64,000 nt of DNA from Microbotryum violaceum (taxonomy: Eukaryota): contig CDLV01000005.1 of assembly GCA_001244265.2 (NCBI GenBank), positions 1,798,001-1,862,000 on the forward strand. The letters are read 5' to 3'. Under the pieces are notes generated by a model. It was not told where the DNA came from. It saw only the letters and a program-made list of their open reading frames with translations, and ran no database searches. The translations under genes were made by a program, and so were the position numbers. Positions 57,570-64,000 of the stretch are shown in pieces; the first letter of the stretch is position 1, and the number at the start of each line of letters is the position of its first letter.

Positions 57570-58030
57570 GGAAAATGTTGGAATTCCATTGTCCGCCGCA
57601 GCCAGACTTCGTTGTGGTAGCCGACGGGACTTTTGATCGTCGCTGAGCGAACAGCATTCACTCCATCGCTTCTGTACCTGAACTTTGCAGAATGGTTCTA
57701 CAAGAGTCCGGACCAGGCCCGCCTCACCCTGAGCCAACACGCCGCGACCACCGATTGTGCCAGCGGCGAGGTGATCCTGACCCTTTGTCTTGTAGATGCG
57801 GCACTGTGCGGTTCAGGCAAAACATAATCAGAGGAGCAACGGTGGATTCAAACCAACTCCAAGGTACAAAGCGATTGGAGGAGGTGCTTGTTTTAAATCC
57901 AACATTTTATTTTCGAACCACGTACTACCTGACCCACACAGCGCCCCATCCACAATGTCAAACGCTAACAGCACCCCACCGTTGGCACAATCGATGGTCG
58001 CCGATTCGAAGTGTTCAGCCGTGCACTCCT
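57570..58030. pseudogene. Two convergent degenerate fragments resembling the Helitron Pif1 helicase Walker A region
   Basis: Plus strand: LIVAERTAF..DQARL..ATTDCASGEVILTLCLVDAALCGSGKT*. Minus strand: ATIDCANGGVLLAFDIVDGALCGSGSTWFENKML. Both resemble the ..GGLFFVDGPGGxGKT.. region of Helitron helicases. Confidence 0.4.
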
Positions 58031-58879
58031 TGCCCTGGCTAGCGAAGACAGGAATTCCGCGCCGGACGCTCTGTGTCTCAAATGAATGAGGGGACCTGAC
58101 GTAGAGCGACCCTCGGGCCCTCCAATGAGACCCCAAGGTTTCAACTAGACTTTGGCTGACCGTGTAATTCAATGCAAAGTTGCAACACAACTTCTTCGCC
58201 AACCGACATCAGCAGGCGCATTGGCGGTCGTTATGAGTGGTTCGTGCTCCCCGCAGTTCCCCGACTGCAGGAACAGCGGCTGTGTAGCTAGCTGATCCAT
58301 CAAGGCGGCCATCCCGGGGATCACCTAGAAGTCGCCGAGCTCCAAATGATCCTGTGTCTTGAATCTGTAGTAGAAGCCATGTTCCCACTAGTGTCATCTC
58401 TCTGAGTCGGGGTGAGGTTGCTTGCCAGCGTAGGAAAGACCGGATTGTACGTGCTCACGTGGCCACGTTGTGCGCAATGTGCCGCTCCAACTGAGCAATC
58501 CTTTAGATTGGCTCGAGGAGATGAAAGGGGAATGATGTGGCGTCATGCCGGGCCATCAGTCACTGCAAGTGAATTGTGACAAAGCCGTCCATCCATCCGC
58601 AGTAACATCGTGTCACCCGAGTAAGGCCAGACACTTCACAACTGGACTATACAGCCAAACAAAAGCCTGGAAATTTTTAAACGATGCAGATTGGAAGCAT
58701 AGGGGAGCAATTCAAGGGGCAAGGTGACTTTGGTCCTTGCAACCGGGTTCGGACACCCACCTCCATCGGCTGCGTGGGCTACGAACTGGACTGGCCGACC
58801 ATCGTCGCGTTTGACGACAATTACCAAGTCGACTTTCCAAACAAGTCATGGCGGTTGTAGTAGGAAGTTGTCTGAACAT

Positions 58880-58882
<3 letters not shown>

Positions 58883-58916
<34 letters not shown>

Positions 58917-59287
58917 TGGTGGTGGTGGTGAAATGTAATACTTAAAAATCGCGATCTGGTGGAGACATCGCCGGGCGGTCTAAGGGCCAGAGAAGGATGG
59001 GAGGAACGCCGAGCGGTCTAAGGGCCAGCGAAGGATGAAGGAGCGATAGACGAGTCGCGATTTGGACCTACGAAAAGCATGACGATCCGTACGAGAAACC
59101 AAGAGTATTGTATATACTCCACCAGAGATATGGCGCAGCGAAGGATGAGGGAACGCAGTGAATGAACTGTTTTGTTCCAACACGACTGCCAAAAGATCGC
59201 TATCCATACGAGCAACTGAAACCAGACTGTACACACTCGAGCGGAGATAGGCCAACGAAGGATGAGGGAGGGATTTGCAGTGGGAAG
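58883..59287 (-). mobile_element. Probable 3' end of a non-LTR retroelement with (CAC)n and A33 tail, target of Copia-2
   Basis: T33 at 58883-58915 followed by (GTG)5; internal repeats of GAAGGATG(A/G); the sequence resumes after Copia-2 and runs off the window. Confidence 0.55.
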
Positions 59288-63958
<4,671 letters not shown>

Positions 63959-64000
63959 GGAAGGCGCATTTTAACACGACTGGAAAAGACGAAGATGAGC

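Overview
Eukaryotic, intron-containing fungal DNA. A basidiomycete, probably a Pucciniomycotina/Microbotryomycetes-type yeast, is inferred from the intron signals and the KDZ transposase, not proven. Layout: (1-8.6 kb) decayed Kyakuja-Dileera-Zisupton (KDZ) transposase with probable HMG-like cargo genes and a cluster of GTGTACCCCCGGGGGTACAC-type palindromes; (9.3-22.1 kb) five tandem FucP/Bsc6-like MFS transporter paralogues, with a 367-bp perfect foldback element between copies 2 and 3 that carries two outward-facing tRNA-like cloverleafs with a TTA central loop triplet; (22.2-29.7 kb) ADA1, GIM5 and an SSH4/EAR1-like SPRY gene; (30-64 kb) a transposon-dense block. That block holds a Copia interrupted by an RT-less, apparently self-priming chromoviral Gypsy; a degenerate Gypsy; one host trypsin-like protease gene; an unclassified 33-bp-TIR/8-bp-TSD DNA transposon interrupted by an L1-like LINE; possible Helitron helicase fragments; and an intact Copia with identical LTRs inserted in a probable LINE 3' end. 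Several frameshifts sit in G/C homopolymers and may be assembly errors. All family assignments are from motif recognition by eye; no searches were run.
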